From: Geobacter sp. UBA4074
GTDB taxonomy: Bacteria > Desulfobacterota > Desulfuromonadia > Geobacterales > Pseudopelobacteraceae
Direction: 5' to 3'
DNA length: 59,819 nucleotides
Assembly (NCBI GenBank): GCA_002383415.1
Contig: DFYU01000117.1
Coordinates: 18,292 to 78,110, forward strand
The notes below the pieces were generated by a model. It saw only the letters and a program-made list of their open reading frames with translations. It was not told where the DNA came from and did not search any database. Shown in pieces: positions 9,517 through 17,955 of the stretch. The translations under genes and the position numbers were made by a program. Numbering within the stretch: position 1 is the first letter of the stretch; each line of letters opens with the position of its first letter.

Positions 9517-10242
9517 ATGCCCGCTAATGCCCGCCATATTCTTGTGGCTACCGAAGCCCAGTGCCTGCAGCTTAAGACCGAAATCGAGGCCGGCGCCGAT
9601 TTCGCCGAGGTTGCCAAACGTGCCTCATCCTGTCCCTCCGGTCAGCAAGGGGGCGATCTCGGCACCTTCAATCCCGGCCAGATGGTGCCAGAGTTTGACC
9701 AGGCCGTGTTCAGCAGCGAGGTCAACACGCTGATCGGCCCCGTTCAGACCCAGTTCGGCTACCATCTGATCGAGGTGACCAAGCGCTGGGAGAACCCCAA
9801 GGCCGAACCCCAGGCAGCGGCCACCCTTGATCAGGCGCTGGAGCTATTGCGGCAGGATATGACCAACGCCGCCAGCCAGTCGAAATTCTACGACCTGTTC
9901 CTGAACACCACCTTCTGCGTGCCGACCCTCGATCCAAAGGAACTGAGCGGTGATGTCACCCTTGAAGAGGGTCAGGTGCTGCCGCTGATCGTTGAATCCG
10001 ACGGCAACGATTACCTGATGATCTTTGACAGCCCGGAGCGCCTGAACAACTGGACCGGCAAGGAGACCACCTGGATCGGCGTACCGGGCCATGTGCTGGC
10101 CGCCACCACCATGCCGCCACTGCATATGGCCATGAACGTGGGCACCAATTACTCCAAGCAGTTCCTGCCCGATGAGATCGCCTGGCTGCGTGAGGTAGTG
10201 GAGCAGTGTAACCAGGCAGGAGCCGGGCAGCCGGCGGGCTGA
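9517..10242 (+). CDS. Parvulin (PpiC) peptidyl-prolyl isomerase fused to an SseB-like C-terminal domain
   Basis: ARHILV, SSCPSG..GGDLG.F..GQMVPEFD, TQFGYHLI followed by ~140 extra aa; AAGGAG RBS. Confidence 0.85.
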   Translation: MPANARHILVATEAQCLQLKTEIEAGADFAEVAKRASSCPSGQQGGDLGTFNPGQMVPEFDQAVFSSEVNTLIGPVQTQFGYHLIEVTKRWENPKAEPQAAATLDQALELLRQDMTNAASQSKFYDLFLNTTFCVPTLDPKELSGDVTLEEGQVLPLIVESDGNDYLMIFDSPERLNNWTGKETTWIGVPGHVLAATTMPPLHMAMNVGTNYSKQFLPDEIAWLREVVEQCNQAGAGQPAG

Positions 10243-10278
10243 GGTCACTAGATGATGCAGTCGGCGACTGCGGATACG

Positions 10279-10307
10279 AAAAAGGCGGCCAATCGGCCGC
10301 CTTTTTT
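10279..10307. terminator. Palindrome-repeat copy 3, bidirectional terminator
   Basis: AAAAAGGCGGCCAATCGGCCGCCTTTTTT. Confidence 0.85.
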
Positions 10308-10326
10308 GTTGATCTGAAAGTGTTGA

Positions 10327-11223
10327 TCAGCCCTGCTGCTTGGCCAGCAGATAGCGGCCAACGTAGTTCTTGGAAAACTGGTAGGCAGTGCGGCCGCAAC
10401 GCTTGCTCTTGTCATGGGACCACTTGATTGCCTCCTGCTCCAGCTCCTTGGTAAGCGGGATCTCCACCTGCCGCTCCCGCGCCTCGCGGGTAATGGCCAG
10501 CCGCACCGCATCCAGGTAGCGATCCTGCGAAAAGGCGTAAAAGGCGACCCACAGACCGAAACGATCGGACAACGAGATCTTCTCCTCCATCACCTCGCTC
10601 TGCTGCAGCTCACCATTCACAAACATGCCGCCCCGTTGATCCGTCTCGTATTCCGGCAGCAGATGCCGCCGGTTGGAGGTAACGTAGATCAGCACGTTCT
10701 CCGGCGGTGAGTAGACCGATCCGTCCAGGGCGCTTTTGAGCATCTTGTAACTCAACTCCCCCGGCTCAAAGGTCAGGTCGTCGCACAGCAGGATGAAACG
10801 GTACGGCTGATCCTCCACCACGCTGAAGATCTCCGACAGGTAGATCAGATCCTCTTTTTCGATCTGGATCACCCGCAGCCCTTGGGGGGCATACTCGTTG
10901 AGCAATGCCTTGATGATCGAGGACTTGCCGGTGCCGCGGGAGCCCCACAACAGGGCGTTGTTGGCCGGCAGGCCAGCCAGGAACTGACGGGTATTGTGCT
11001 CCATCACCTCGATCTGTTTTTCCACCCCCAGCAGTTCCGAGAGCCGGGTGGTGTCGGTCACCCGCACCGGCTCCAGGTAGCCGGAAAAAGAATGGCGACG
11101 CCAGTTGGCGGCGTAACAGGCGGACCAGTCCACCGGCTTGACCGTGCGGGGCAGCAGCATCTCCACCGAGCTGAGTACACGCTCCAATCGGGCAACAACG
11201 TCAGGTTTCAGGTTCAGCATCAT
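10327..11223 (-). CDS. DUF815 family AAA+ ATPase
   Basis: ANNALLWGSRGTGKSS, CDDLTFE, TSNRRHLLPE, EEKISLSDRFGL. Confidence 0.92.
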   Translation of the reverse strand: MMLNLKPDVVARLERVLSSVEMLLPRTVKPVDWSACYAANWRRHSFSGYLEPVRVTDTTRLSELLGVEKQIEVMEHNTRQFLAGLPANNALLWGSRGTGKSSIIKALLNEYAPQGLRVIQIEKEDLIYLSEIFSVVEDQPYRFILLCDDLTFEPGELSYKMLKSALDGSVYSPPENVLIYVTSNRRHLLPEYETDQRGGMFVNGELQQSEVMEEKISLSDRFGLWVAFYAFSQDRYLDAVRLAITREARERQVEIPLTKELEQEAIKWSHDKSKRCGRTAYQFSKNYVGRYLLAKQQG

Positions 11224-11444
11224 TCGTCTCGTTTCATAGGTAAAGTACGCCGTTGAGCCTGGCGGCCTGGCGGGTGCTGATGTAAGCAGGATGTTGGCAC
11301 GGGAAACGGTGCAGGTTCGAAGGGAAACAGGTAGAGCCGGACTGCCGCGTGCGGAGCGACCCATATACCCCACCAGCCGGAGGTGTGTCAAACTGAAAGT
11401 ATGCTGCTTTCACTCTATACTGAGTGGCCTGCCCGGATTGGTCG

Positions 11445-11963
11445 TTAGCGGGATTTTTTCGGCCCCGGGGCCGAGTTGCGCCCCAGCCGGGCATCCAGCT
11501 CGTCGATCCAACCGGCCTTGGCGTCGGGAAAGGCATCGGCATAGGGCACGTAGGGCTTGATGTCCAGCACCGGGGTGCCATCCAACAGGTCCACCCCGCG
11601 CAGCTGCAGGGTACGGCCTTCGATCGTCAGCAGCTCCACCGCCGACAGCCCAATGGCGTTGGGCCGGTGGGGCGAACGGGTGGCCAGCACCCCCCGCTTG
11701 GGACCGCCCCGAGGCGGCTTGACCGTGTTCTTCCAGCCCTCGCTCAAGTGAAAGCCAAAGATCAGCCAGATCCGCTCAAACCCTTGCAGGTCCTGCAACA
11801 CCTGCTCATCCAGCCAATCGGCCAGCTCCAGGGTGGCAAGGGCAGCCTCACCGCTCTCGGTCCCCGCCACCACCGTACTCTGGTGGGGGGCGTCGATGCG
11901 GCGGCTGTAGGGAGAACGTAAGATGCCGATCGGGCAATAGCGGTAGGGGCTGTCGCAGGTCAT
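11445..11963 (-). CDS. tsaA: tRNA (N6-threonylcarbamoyladenosine(37)-N6)-methyltransferase TrmO/TsaA
   Basis: GVLATRSPHRPNAIGLS, LLDGTPVLDIKPY. Confidence 0.92.
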   Translation of the reverse strand: MTCDSPYRYCPIGILRSPYSRRIDAPHQSTVVAGTESGEAALATLELADWLDEQVLQDLQGFERIWLIFGFHLSEGWKNTVKPPRGGPKRGVLATRSPHRPNAIGLSAVELLTIEGRTLQLRGVDLLDGTPVLDIKPYVPYADAFPDAKAGWIDELDARLGRNSAPGPKKSR

Positions 11964-12106
11964 GACGCAAATGCTAACGCAAGCGGGCTGTCCTGACAAT
12001 ACAATAGCAACAGGTTACACGATCCATTTACAGAGAGGTGTTGCGCCGAAGCGCATGAAAATGTTACATAGATTAATCCATATCTCTACGATACGAGGTT
12101 GAAACG

Positions 12107-13420
12107 ATGACACACTTTGGTCCAACCAAGCTTGACGCAGCGTTGATCCCGAACATAGCCCGTCAGTGGGGCACCCCGATCTACCTGCACGACCAGGCAT
12201 ACATTGAAAACAGCTGCCAGCAACTGCTGGGCATGCCCAATGCCTTCGGCCTGCATGTGCGCTACGCCATGAAGGCCAACTCCGACCGCACCGTGCTGCG
12301 GGTGGTCACCAACCAGGGGCTTGATCTGGACTGCTCGTCGCTGGACGAAGCAGCCCGCGCTCATAGCGCCGGCATCCCCTACAGCCGGATGATGCTGACC
12401 ACCCAGGAAGTGCCCACCGGCGAGGAACGGACCGAGCTGGAGCAGATGATCAAAGCGGGGCTCAAGTACAACGTCTGCTCCATGCTGCAGTTCAAGCTGA
12501 TTGCCGACTTTGCCAAGGCCACCAGCGTCGACCTCTCAATGCGAGTGCACCCCGGCGCGGCCGGAGGCGGCGAGAGCGCCACCCGCGATACCGGCAGCGA
12601 GTACTCCTGCTTCGGCGTACACCTGAGGGATGTGCCCAAGGTCAAGGCCATGGCCGACGAGATGGGCCTGCGCTTCACCCAGGTGCACGTGCATATCGGC
12701 TCCGGCGGCGATCCGGAAAAGTGGCGCCAGAACATCGACCGCGAGCTGGGCTTTGTGAAGACCTACTTCCCGGATGCCGTCACGGTCAGCTTTGGCGGAG
12801 GCCTGAAGGTGGCCCGCATGCCGGGCGAGAAGCAGGCCGACATCACCAGCCTGGGCGCCTATGCCAAACAACGCATCGAAGCGTTCAAGGCCGAAACCGG
12901 CCGCGAACTAAAGATGGAGATCGAGCCGGGCACCTTTGTGGTGGCCAACTCCGGCCATATCATCACCCGCATCATTGACAAGAAACTGACCAACGAGCTG
13001 AACTTCCTGATCGTGGACGGCGGCATGGAGCTCTTGACCCGGCCGCTGCTGTACGGCTCCGAGCACCCGATCGCCATCGTGCGCCAGGACGGCACCTTGC
13101 TCTCCAGCGAATACGACCAGTGCCCGGCTGAGGGGCTCAAGTCATTCGGTATCGTGGGCCGCTGCTGCGAAAGCGGCGACTCGGTGCGCCTGGACAATGA
13201 CGGCAACATCGTGCCGGTGCTGATTGCCGAGCCGGAGATCGGCGACTATGTGGTGATCGGCGGCACCGGCGCCTATTCCGAGAGCATGTCACCGGAAAAC
13301 TACAACTCCCACCGCAAGCCGGGGGCGGTCATGAAGACCACCAGCGGTGAGTTGGTGTTGATCCGCAAGAAGCAGGTCCGTGCACAGCTGACCCAGAACG
13401 AACTTGATGTAACACTGTAA
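12107..13420 (+). CDS. lysA: Diaminopimelate decarboxylase (fold-type III PLP decarboxylase)
   Basis: YAMKAN (PLP Lys), HVHIGSG, IEPG, CCESGD, GAYS.SM. Confidence 0.8.
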   Translation: MTHFGPTKLDAALIPNIARQWGTPIYLHDQAYIENSCQQLLGMPNAFGLHVRYAMKANSDRTVLRVVTNQGLDLDCSSLDEAARAHSAGIPYSRMMLTTQEVPTGEERTELEQMIKAGLKYNVCSMLQFKLIADFAKATSVDLSMRVHPGAAGGGESATRDTGSEYSCFGVHLRDVPKVKAMADEMGLRFTQVHVHIGSGGDPEKWRQNIDRELGFVKTYFPDAVTVSFGGGLKVARMPGEKQADITSLGAYAKQRIEAFKAETGRELKMEIEPGTFVVANSGHIITRIIDKKLTNELNFLIVDGGMELLTRPLLYGSEHPIAIVRQDGTLLSSEYDQCPAEGLKSFGIVGRCCESGDSVRLDNDGNIVPVLIAEPEIGDYVVIGGTGAYSESMSPENYNSHRKPGAVMKTTSGELVLIRKKQVRAQLTQNELDVTL

Positions 13421-13440
13421 GTCTCGTTCTCACCTTACCG

Positions 13441-13480
13441 AAACGAGAACAGGCGGCCAATCAGCCGCCTGTTCTCGTTT
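13441..13480. terminator. Palindrome-repeat copy 4, bidirectional terminator
   Basis: AAACGAGAACAGGCGGC-CAATCA-GCCGCCTGTTCTCGTTT. Confidence 0.85.
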
Positions 13481-13504
13481 GTGCGCTATCCAACACAATC
13501 CTTG

Positions 13505-13999
13505 TCAGACAACTGACACGATGGTGTAGATCGACCGTTTACCGTTCTCACCCAGCTGCAGTTCGTCACCCACGGTCAGGCCGAGCAACTGCCTGCCAAG
13601 CGGAGAGGCCGGGGTAATCACCACGATCTCACCGGCAGGGTCGGCCAGCTTCATACCGCCGGCCTGGGGACCGATGAACAGCCGCCGCTCGCCACCGATC
13701 TCATCCTCCAGCGTTACCAGGGCACCCAGACGCAGCGGCGTATCGCCGTCAAACTGCTGCAGTTCCAGACTACGGTAGGCCTCTAGTCCCTGGCGGATCT
13801 CCTGGGCCCGGTTGGCCTGTCCCTGGGCGATGTAGGAAGCCTCCAGGGCGGTGGTGTCGTACTTGTTATCCGGCTGGCACTCCTCGTGGGTGGCGGCACG
13901 GTGGGCATGCAGGGCCGCAGCGGTGAACAGTGTCAGGTCGGCCTCCAGACGGGCAATAATGGTGGCAACAAGCTGCTGCTTGGTCATGGTCGTGCTCAT
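13505..13999 (-). CDS. GreA/GreB family transcription elongation factor-like protein
   Basis: NKYDTTALEASY.A.GQ, ITPASPLGRQLLG; ATGA overlap with yaeQ. Confidence 0.85.
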   Translation of the reverse strand: MSTTMTKQQLVATIIARLEADLTLFTAAALHAHRAATHEECQPDNKYDTTALEASYIAQGQANRAQEIRQGLEAYRSLELQQFDGDTPLRLGALVTLEDEIGGERRLFIGPQAGGMKLADPAGEIVVITPASPLGRQLLGLTVGDELQLGENGKRSIYTIVSVV

Positions 14000-14529
14000 C
14001 CAACCACCTGCAGCGCCGTCTCCAGGGTCTCGTTGCCGATGGTCAGGTAGCAGACCCCTTCGGTAATGGTGAGCCCCCAGGTCAGGGAACGCTCCAGACG
14101 CTGCACGATGGCAGCGACAAACGGCTGATCGATGGTGATGATGCTCAGATTGGCACAATGCGCCAACTTGGGCAGATGCTGCTGCTCCCAGCTGGGCAAC
14201 GCCCGGCCGCAGGCCAACAGCCGCACCTGTTCGCTATGGCGGCTGGCCTTGATGATCCGTTCGCTATCCGGCAGCCCCACCTCCACCCACAGCCGCACCC
14301 GGCCATCGCCGTTTTTCAGCCATAGCTCCGGTTCGTCGCTGGCACAGAGCCCCTTGGTGAAGCTTAAACCCTCTTCGTAAAAGAGGGCATAGGCCAGCAG
14401 CCGCGCCACCAGACGTTCCTCAGTCTCGGAGGGGTGCTGGGCCACGGTGGCGGCCAGGGTTTCATAGACACCGCGATCAAGGTCCGACAGCGTGATGGTG
14501 GCTTTATAGATGGTGGCAGGTAAGGCCAT
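13996..14529 (-). CDS. yaeQ: YaeQ family protein
   Basis: MALPATIYK, HPSETEERL..RLLAY, DEPELW, WVEVGLPD. Confidence 0.92.
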   Translation of the reverse strand: MALPATIYKATITLSDLDRGVYETLAATVAQHPSETEERLVARLLAYALFYEEGLSFTKGLCASDEPELWLKNGDGRVRLWVEVGLPDSERIIKASRHSEQVRLLACGRALPSWEQQHLPKLAHCANLSIITIDQPFVAAIVQRLERSLTWGLTITEGVCYLTIGNETLETALQVVG

Positions 14530-14541
14530 AGCTAGTCCTTT

Positions 14542-15009
14542 TCAGTTTGGCCGCTGGCCACGCAGCAGCTTATGTAGCAGGCTGTCCAGGGCCGAGGCGA
14601 AGCGATTGCGGTCGCTCATGCTGAACGGTGGCGGCCCGCCCCCCTGGATCATGCCGCTATCGCGCAACTCGCTCATCAGATCGCGAAAAGCCAGCCGGTC
14701 GCCGATCGACTCTTCAGTGTACTGCTCACCGCGCGGGTCCAGAGCAATGCCCCCCTTGGCCACAATGCGGGCCGCCAGCGGCACATCGGCGGTCACCACC
14801 AGGTCGGTGGGGGCGGCATGCTCGGCAATGTAGTCGTCGGCCACATCAAAACCGTCGGCCACCACAATCGTCTCCACCAGTGGACCGTTGTGCTTGGCCA
14901 AACTCTTGTTGGCCACCAGGCAGAGGGGCACCTGCAATCGGCTCGAGGCCCGGAACAGGATCTCCTTCACCACCCGCGGGCAGGCATCAGCATCAATCCA
15001 GATATTCAT
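14542..15009 (-). CDS. YaiI/YqxD (UPF0178) family protein
   Basis: [24 protein letters not shown]. Confidence 0.92.
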   Translation of the reverse strand: MNIWIDADACPRVVKEILFRASSRLQVPLCLVANKSLAKHNGPLVETIVVADGFDVADDYIAEHAAPTDLVVTADVPLAARIVAKGGIALDPRGEQYTEESIGDRLAFRDLMSELRDSGMIQGGGPPPFSMSDRNRFASALDSLLHKLLRGQRPN

Positions 15010-15049
15010 AGAGATACTTTCTGAACGAAAAGCGAGCTGGAATCAATCA

Positions 15050-15095
15050 AAACAACAAAGGCGGCCGCTTGGCCACCTTGCAAATCACGTATAGT
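15050..15095 (+). repeat. Long direct-repeat unit A (contains palindrome copy 5)
   Basis: AAACAACAAAGGCGGCCGCTTGGCCACCTTGCAAATCACGTATAGT... aligns with 15913 and 17897. Confidence 0.7.
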
Positions 15096-15206
15096 GCCCC
15101 CCGAATCAGCCTGAACCCATGCTGATTTAGGTATGTTTTCCAACCGTTTGGCGGTATCCTTCCCCACCGACTGCACCGACCAGCCCACCCTGACCAGGAA
15201 CCTGCC

Positions 15207-15869
15207 ATGGACCGATCGTCCCGCAATTACCTCAACACGCGCCACCTCGACCGGTTCGCCGGCGACTCCCTGTTTGACCGCATTGCCCGGTCCGTCTGCG
15301 GGGCTGGCTGTCTGCCGCGCAAAGAGCTGTATGAGGCATGGGAGGTGGCCCGCCGGGTGCGGCGACGGTTCCGCGGCGGTCGGGTGGTGGACCTGGCGTG
15401 CGGTCATGGTCTGCTGGCCCAGATGCTCCTGCTGCTGGACGACAGCTCACCGGAAGCGCTGGCCGTCGATTTAAATATCCCGGAAAGCGCCGGCACGCTG
15501 GCCGCCGCCCTGGAAGAGACCTGGCCCCGGCTGCGCGGGAGGGGCCGCTTCGAACAGGGGGATATGGGACAGGTTGTGCTGACCCCGGACGACCTGGTCG
15601 TATCCGTGCACGCCTGCGGCGGGCTGACCGACCGGGTGCTGGATCTGGCGATGGCGGCCGGGGCCCGTGTCGCGGTGCTGCCCTGCTGCCACAACCTGGA
15701 CCGGGGAGACAAGGGGGGACTGGAGGGGTGGCTGGACGGCCCACTGGCCATCGACGCCACCCGGGCTGCGCGGTTGCGTGCCCATGGCTACCGGGTCTAC
15801 ACCCAGACCATCCCGTCGGATATCACCCCGAAAAACCGCTTGTTGCTGGCGGAGCCGGCATGTCGCTAG
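15207..15869 (+). CDS. SAM-dependent methyltransferase (Methyltransf_32-like)
   Basis: VVDLACGHG, VHACGGLTD, LPCCH, ITPKNRLL. Confidence 0.85.
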   Translation: MDRSSRNYLNTRHLDRFAGDSLFDRIARSVCGAGCLPRKELYEAWEVARRVRRRFRGGRVVDLACGHGLLAQMLLLLDDSSPEALAVDLNIPESAGTLAAALEETWPRLRGRGRFEQGDMGQVVLTPDDLVVSVHACGGLTDRVLDLAMAAGARVAVLPCCHNLDRGDKGGLEGWLDGPLAIDATRAARLRAHGYRVYTQTIPSDITPKNRLLLAEPACR

Positions 15870-15912
15870 GCGTGCTGGAGGTGAAGTGGCATGCCTGACA
15901 GCAGCGGGCAAG

Positions 15913-15969
15913 AAACAACAAAGGCGGCCGATTGGCCGCCTTTGAATTACTGTATAGGTCTCCCGGGAT
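15913..15969 (+). repeat. Long direct-repeat unit B (contains palindrome copy 6)
   Basis: AAACAACAAAGGCGGCCGATTGGCCGCCTTTGAATTACTGTATAGGTCTCCCGGGAT. Confidence 0.75.
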
Positions 15970-15970
15970 G

Positions 15971-16261
15971 TCAGGCTATTGCTGTCAGCCGGTGCACCGT
16001 TTTCTCGGCGACCATCCCCGCTATGGCGCTACTGCAGCCAAGGTAATGTTCGGTCTTCAGGTGCTTTTCCAGGTGCTCCGCGCTCTCCCAGGTCTCGTAA
16101 AAGACGAACACCTCGGGGGCCTCAATATCCTGATGCAGGAGGTAGTGAATGCACCCTTCCTCGCTTCGCGTCGGGGTTACGAGTTTGCAGAGCTCGTTCC
16201 TGACGCATTCAGCCGACTCCTTCTGTGCCTTGACGATTGCCACGAGCGATAGTCTTGCCAT
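15971..16261 (-). CDS. Antibiotic biosynthesis monooxygenase / putative quinol monooxygenase
   Basis: TRSEEGCIHY.LHQD, FVFYETWES..HLEKH. Confidence 0.9.
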   Translation of the reverse strand: MARLSLVAIVKAQKESAECVRNELCKLVTPTRSEEGCIHYLLHQDIEAPEVFVFYETWESAEHLEKHLKTEHYLGCSSAIAGMVAEKTVHRLTAIA

Positions 16262-16295
16262 TTCTGTTCATGCCTCCTGATGACCGAACGTATTC

Positions 16296-16931
16296 TCAGC
16301 GAATAAAGTGCGTAAATACTTTAGCCTCCCGTTCCGGCGGCACAACCGCACCCCTGCCATGCTCCACCAACTTCAGCAGCCAGGCCATATTTTTGCCCAG
16401 CACCCGCATGATCTGCACCCCCTCCGGGTCCTGCACCACCTCGCCCGGGGTCCGGCCGTGGATCACGTTCCAATAGTTGGAGGTGGGGATCAGCATCTCG
16501 GCGTAGTTAAGAAAGTTGTTCAGCTGGTCGAAGGTGGGCAGCCCGCCGGAGCGGCGCACCGCCACCACCGAGGCCCCCACCTTGTGGCGCAGCATGCCGT
16601 CGTTGACGCTGGTCACGAAGAAGGCTCGGTCCAGAAACGACTTCATGGTGCCGCCGATGGCGGCGTAGTGCACCGGCGAGCCGAGAATGATGCCATCGGC
16701 CTGCTTCATCTTCTGGATCCAACCGTTGACCTCGTCACCCGGGAGCACGCACTGTTCGTTCTTGTTCTTCACGCACTGATAACAGGCGATGCACCCGCGG
16801 ACCACCTTGTTCCCCACCTGGACAATCTCGGTCTCGATCCCTTCCCGCTCCAGCTCGGCGGTAACCAGCTTCAGCGCATGCCAGGTATTCCCCTCTTTGT
16901 TAGGACTGCCGTTAAATGCCACGACGTTCAT
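16296..16931 (-). CDS. Iron-sulfur flavoprotein (flavodoxin family, NADPH-dependent FMN reductase-like)
   Basis: FNGSP..GNT, CIACYQC......C, GSPVHY, FLDR. Confidence 0.9.
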   Translation of the reverse strand: MNVVAFNGSPNKEGNTWHALKLVTAELEREGIETEIVQVGNKVVRGCIACYQCVKNKNEQCVLPGDEVNGWIQKMKQADGIILGSPVHYAAIGGTMKSFLDRAFFVTSVNDGMLRHKVGASVVAVRRSGGLPTFDQLNNFLNYAEMLIPTSNYWNVIHGRTPGEVVQDPEGVQIMRVLGKNMAWLLKLVEHGRGAVVPPEREAKVFTHFIR

Positions 16932-17099
16932 TGGGTCTTCTCCTTGAATGGAAATTGAACCTTTTCCTTGCAGATGATTTTGGGCTATATTTGTCCGTAG
17001 GATTTTTTACGTCAATAACGGACTTTTTCGTAACGTAGTACCAATTTATGTACGTAGTATCTTATTTGGAACCATGTTACTTCAGGAGACGACAAGCAG

Positions 17100-17486
17100 A
17101 TGAATGAAAGAACAGCCAGGCCGATGGTCTACCGGGAGAAAGAGTTCACGTGCGGCATCGACGTCACCCTTGCGGTGGTCGGAGGAAAATGGAAGGCCTC
17201 GATCCTCTGGCATCTGGGCCATAGGACCAGACGCTTTTCCGACCTGCAGCGAATCTTCATCGACACCACCCGCAAGATGCTGACCCAGCAACTGCGGGAA
17301 CTGGAGAACGACGGCCTGGTGCACCGGGAGGTCTATGCCCAGGTGCCGCCGAAGGTGGAATATTCGCTGACAGAGAAGGGGCGGAGCATCTACCCGATCC
17401 TGGAGCAGATGTGCGTCTGGGGGCGGGAGCATGCCGATCGGAAAGGTGAATCGTCGAACCCGGGCCCCAAAGATCCCACAGGTTGA
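17100..17486 (+). CDS. HxlR family winged-helix transcriptional regulator
   Basis: CGIDVTL.VVGGKWK..IL, MLTQQLRELE.DGLV.R.VY.QVPPKVEYSLT. Confidence 0.93.
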   Translation: MNERTARPMVYREKEFTCGIDVTLAVVGGKWKASILWHLGHRTRRFSDLQRIFIDTTRKMLTQQLRELENDGLVHREVYAQVPPKVEYSLTEKGRSIYPILEQMCVWGREHADRKGESSNPGPKDPTG

Positions 17487-17493
17487 TCAGGGG

Positions 17494-17790
17494 TTACTGG
17501 TTGAACGCCTTTCCCATCACTTGGCTCCAGGTCCGGCATTCACTGACACCTGCTCGCCGGTTCGCCTCTACCAGTTGCTCCATATCGGAGAGCAGCTTCC
17601 TTCGGCCTTGATCGTCTCGGCTGCTCAGGTCAGGTGGAGTACGGCGCAGTTGTTCCAACCCCGCTTCGATCGCCTTGCGACAGTTCTCCTCCTGCGGTGC
17701 CGGCTGATCCTGGGAGGCCGACGTGCCGGCAGCAAGGCAGACCACAACCAGTGCCGTCAGCAGGAATGCTATGCGTAAGGGGTAAGCCAT
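17494..17790 (-). CDS. Small exported hypothetical protein
   Basis: Signal peptide, two Cys, 98 aa. Confidence 0.55.
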   Translation of the reverse strand: MAYPLRIAFLLTALVVVCLAAGTSASQDQPAPQEENCRKAIEAGLEQLRRTPPDLSSRDDQGRRKLLSDMEQLVEANRRAGVSECRTWSQVMGKAFNQ

Positions 17791-17896
17791 GGGGAAAGCG
17801 TAACAGTAAAGACTTATAATTCAAGACGTGACTTCGAAGATTCCTGACCCCGAAGATTCAACCGTGTACCCTAGGCGGGCAATGGGTACCTGACGG

Positions 17897-17953
17897 AAAA
17901 ACTAAAGGCGGCCGATTGGCCGCCATTTGAATTGAGTATACTGCCACTAAATT
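17897..17953 (+). repeat. Long direct-repeat unit C (contains palindrome copy 7)
   Basis: AAAAACTAAAGGCGGCCGATTGGCCGCCATTTGAATTGAGTATACTGCCACTAAATT. Confidence 0.7.
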
Positions 17954-17955
17954 TC

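Noticed and set aside
5453..17924. Palindrome family read as a CRISPR array or integron attC array
   Set aside because: Spacing is 0.9-3 kb, not 30-40 nt; no cas or intI gene; no consistent RYYYAAC...GTTRRRY cores; flanked genes point both ways.
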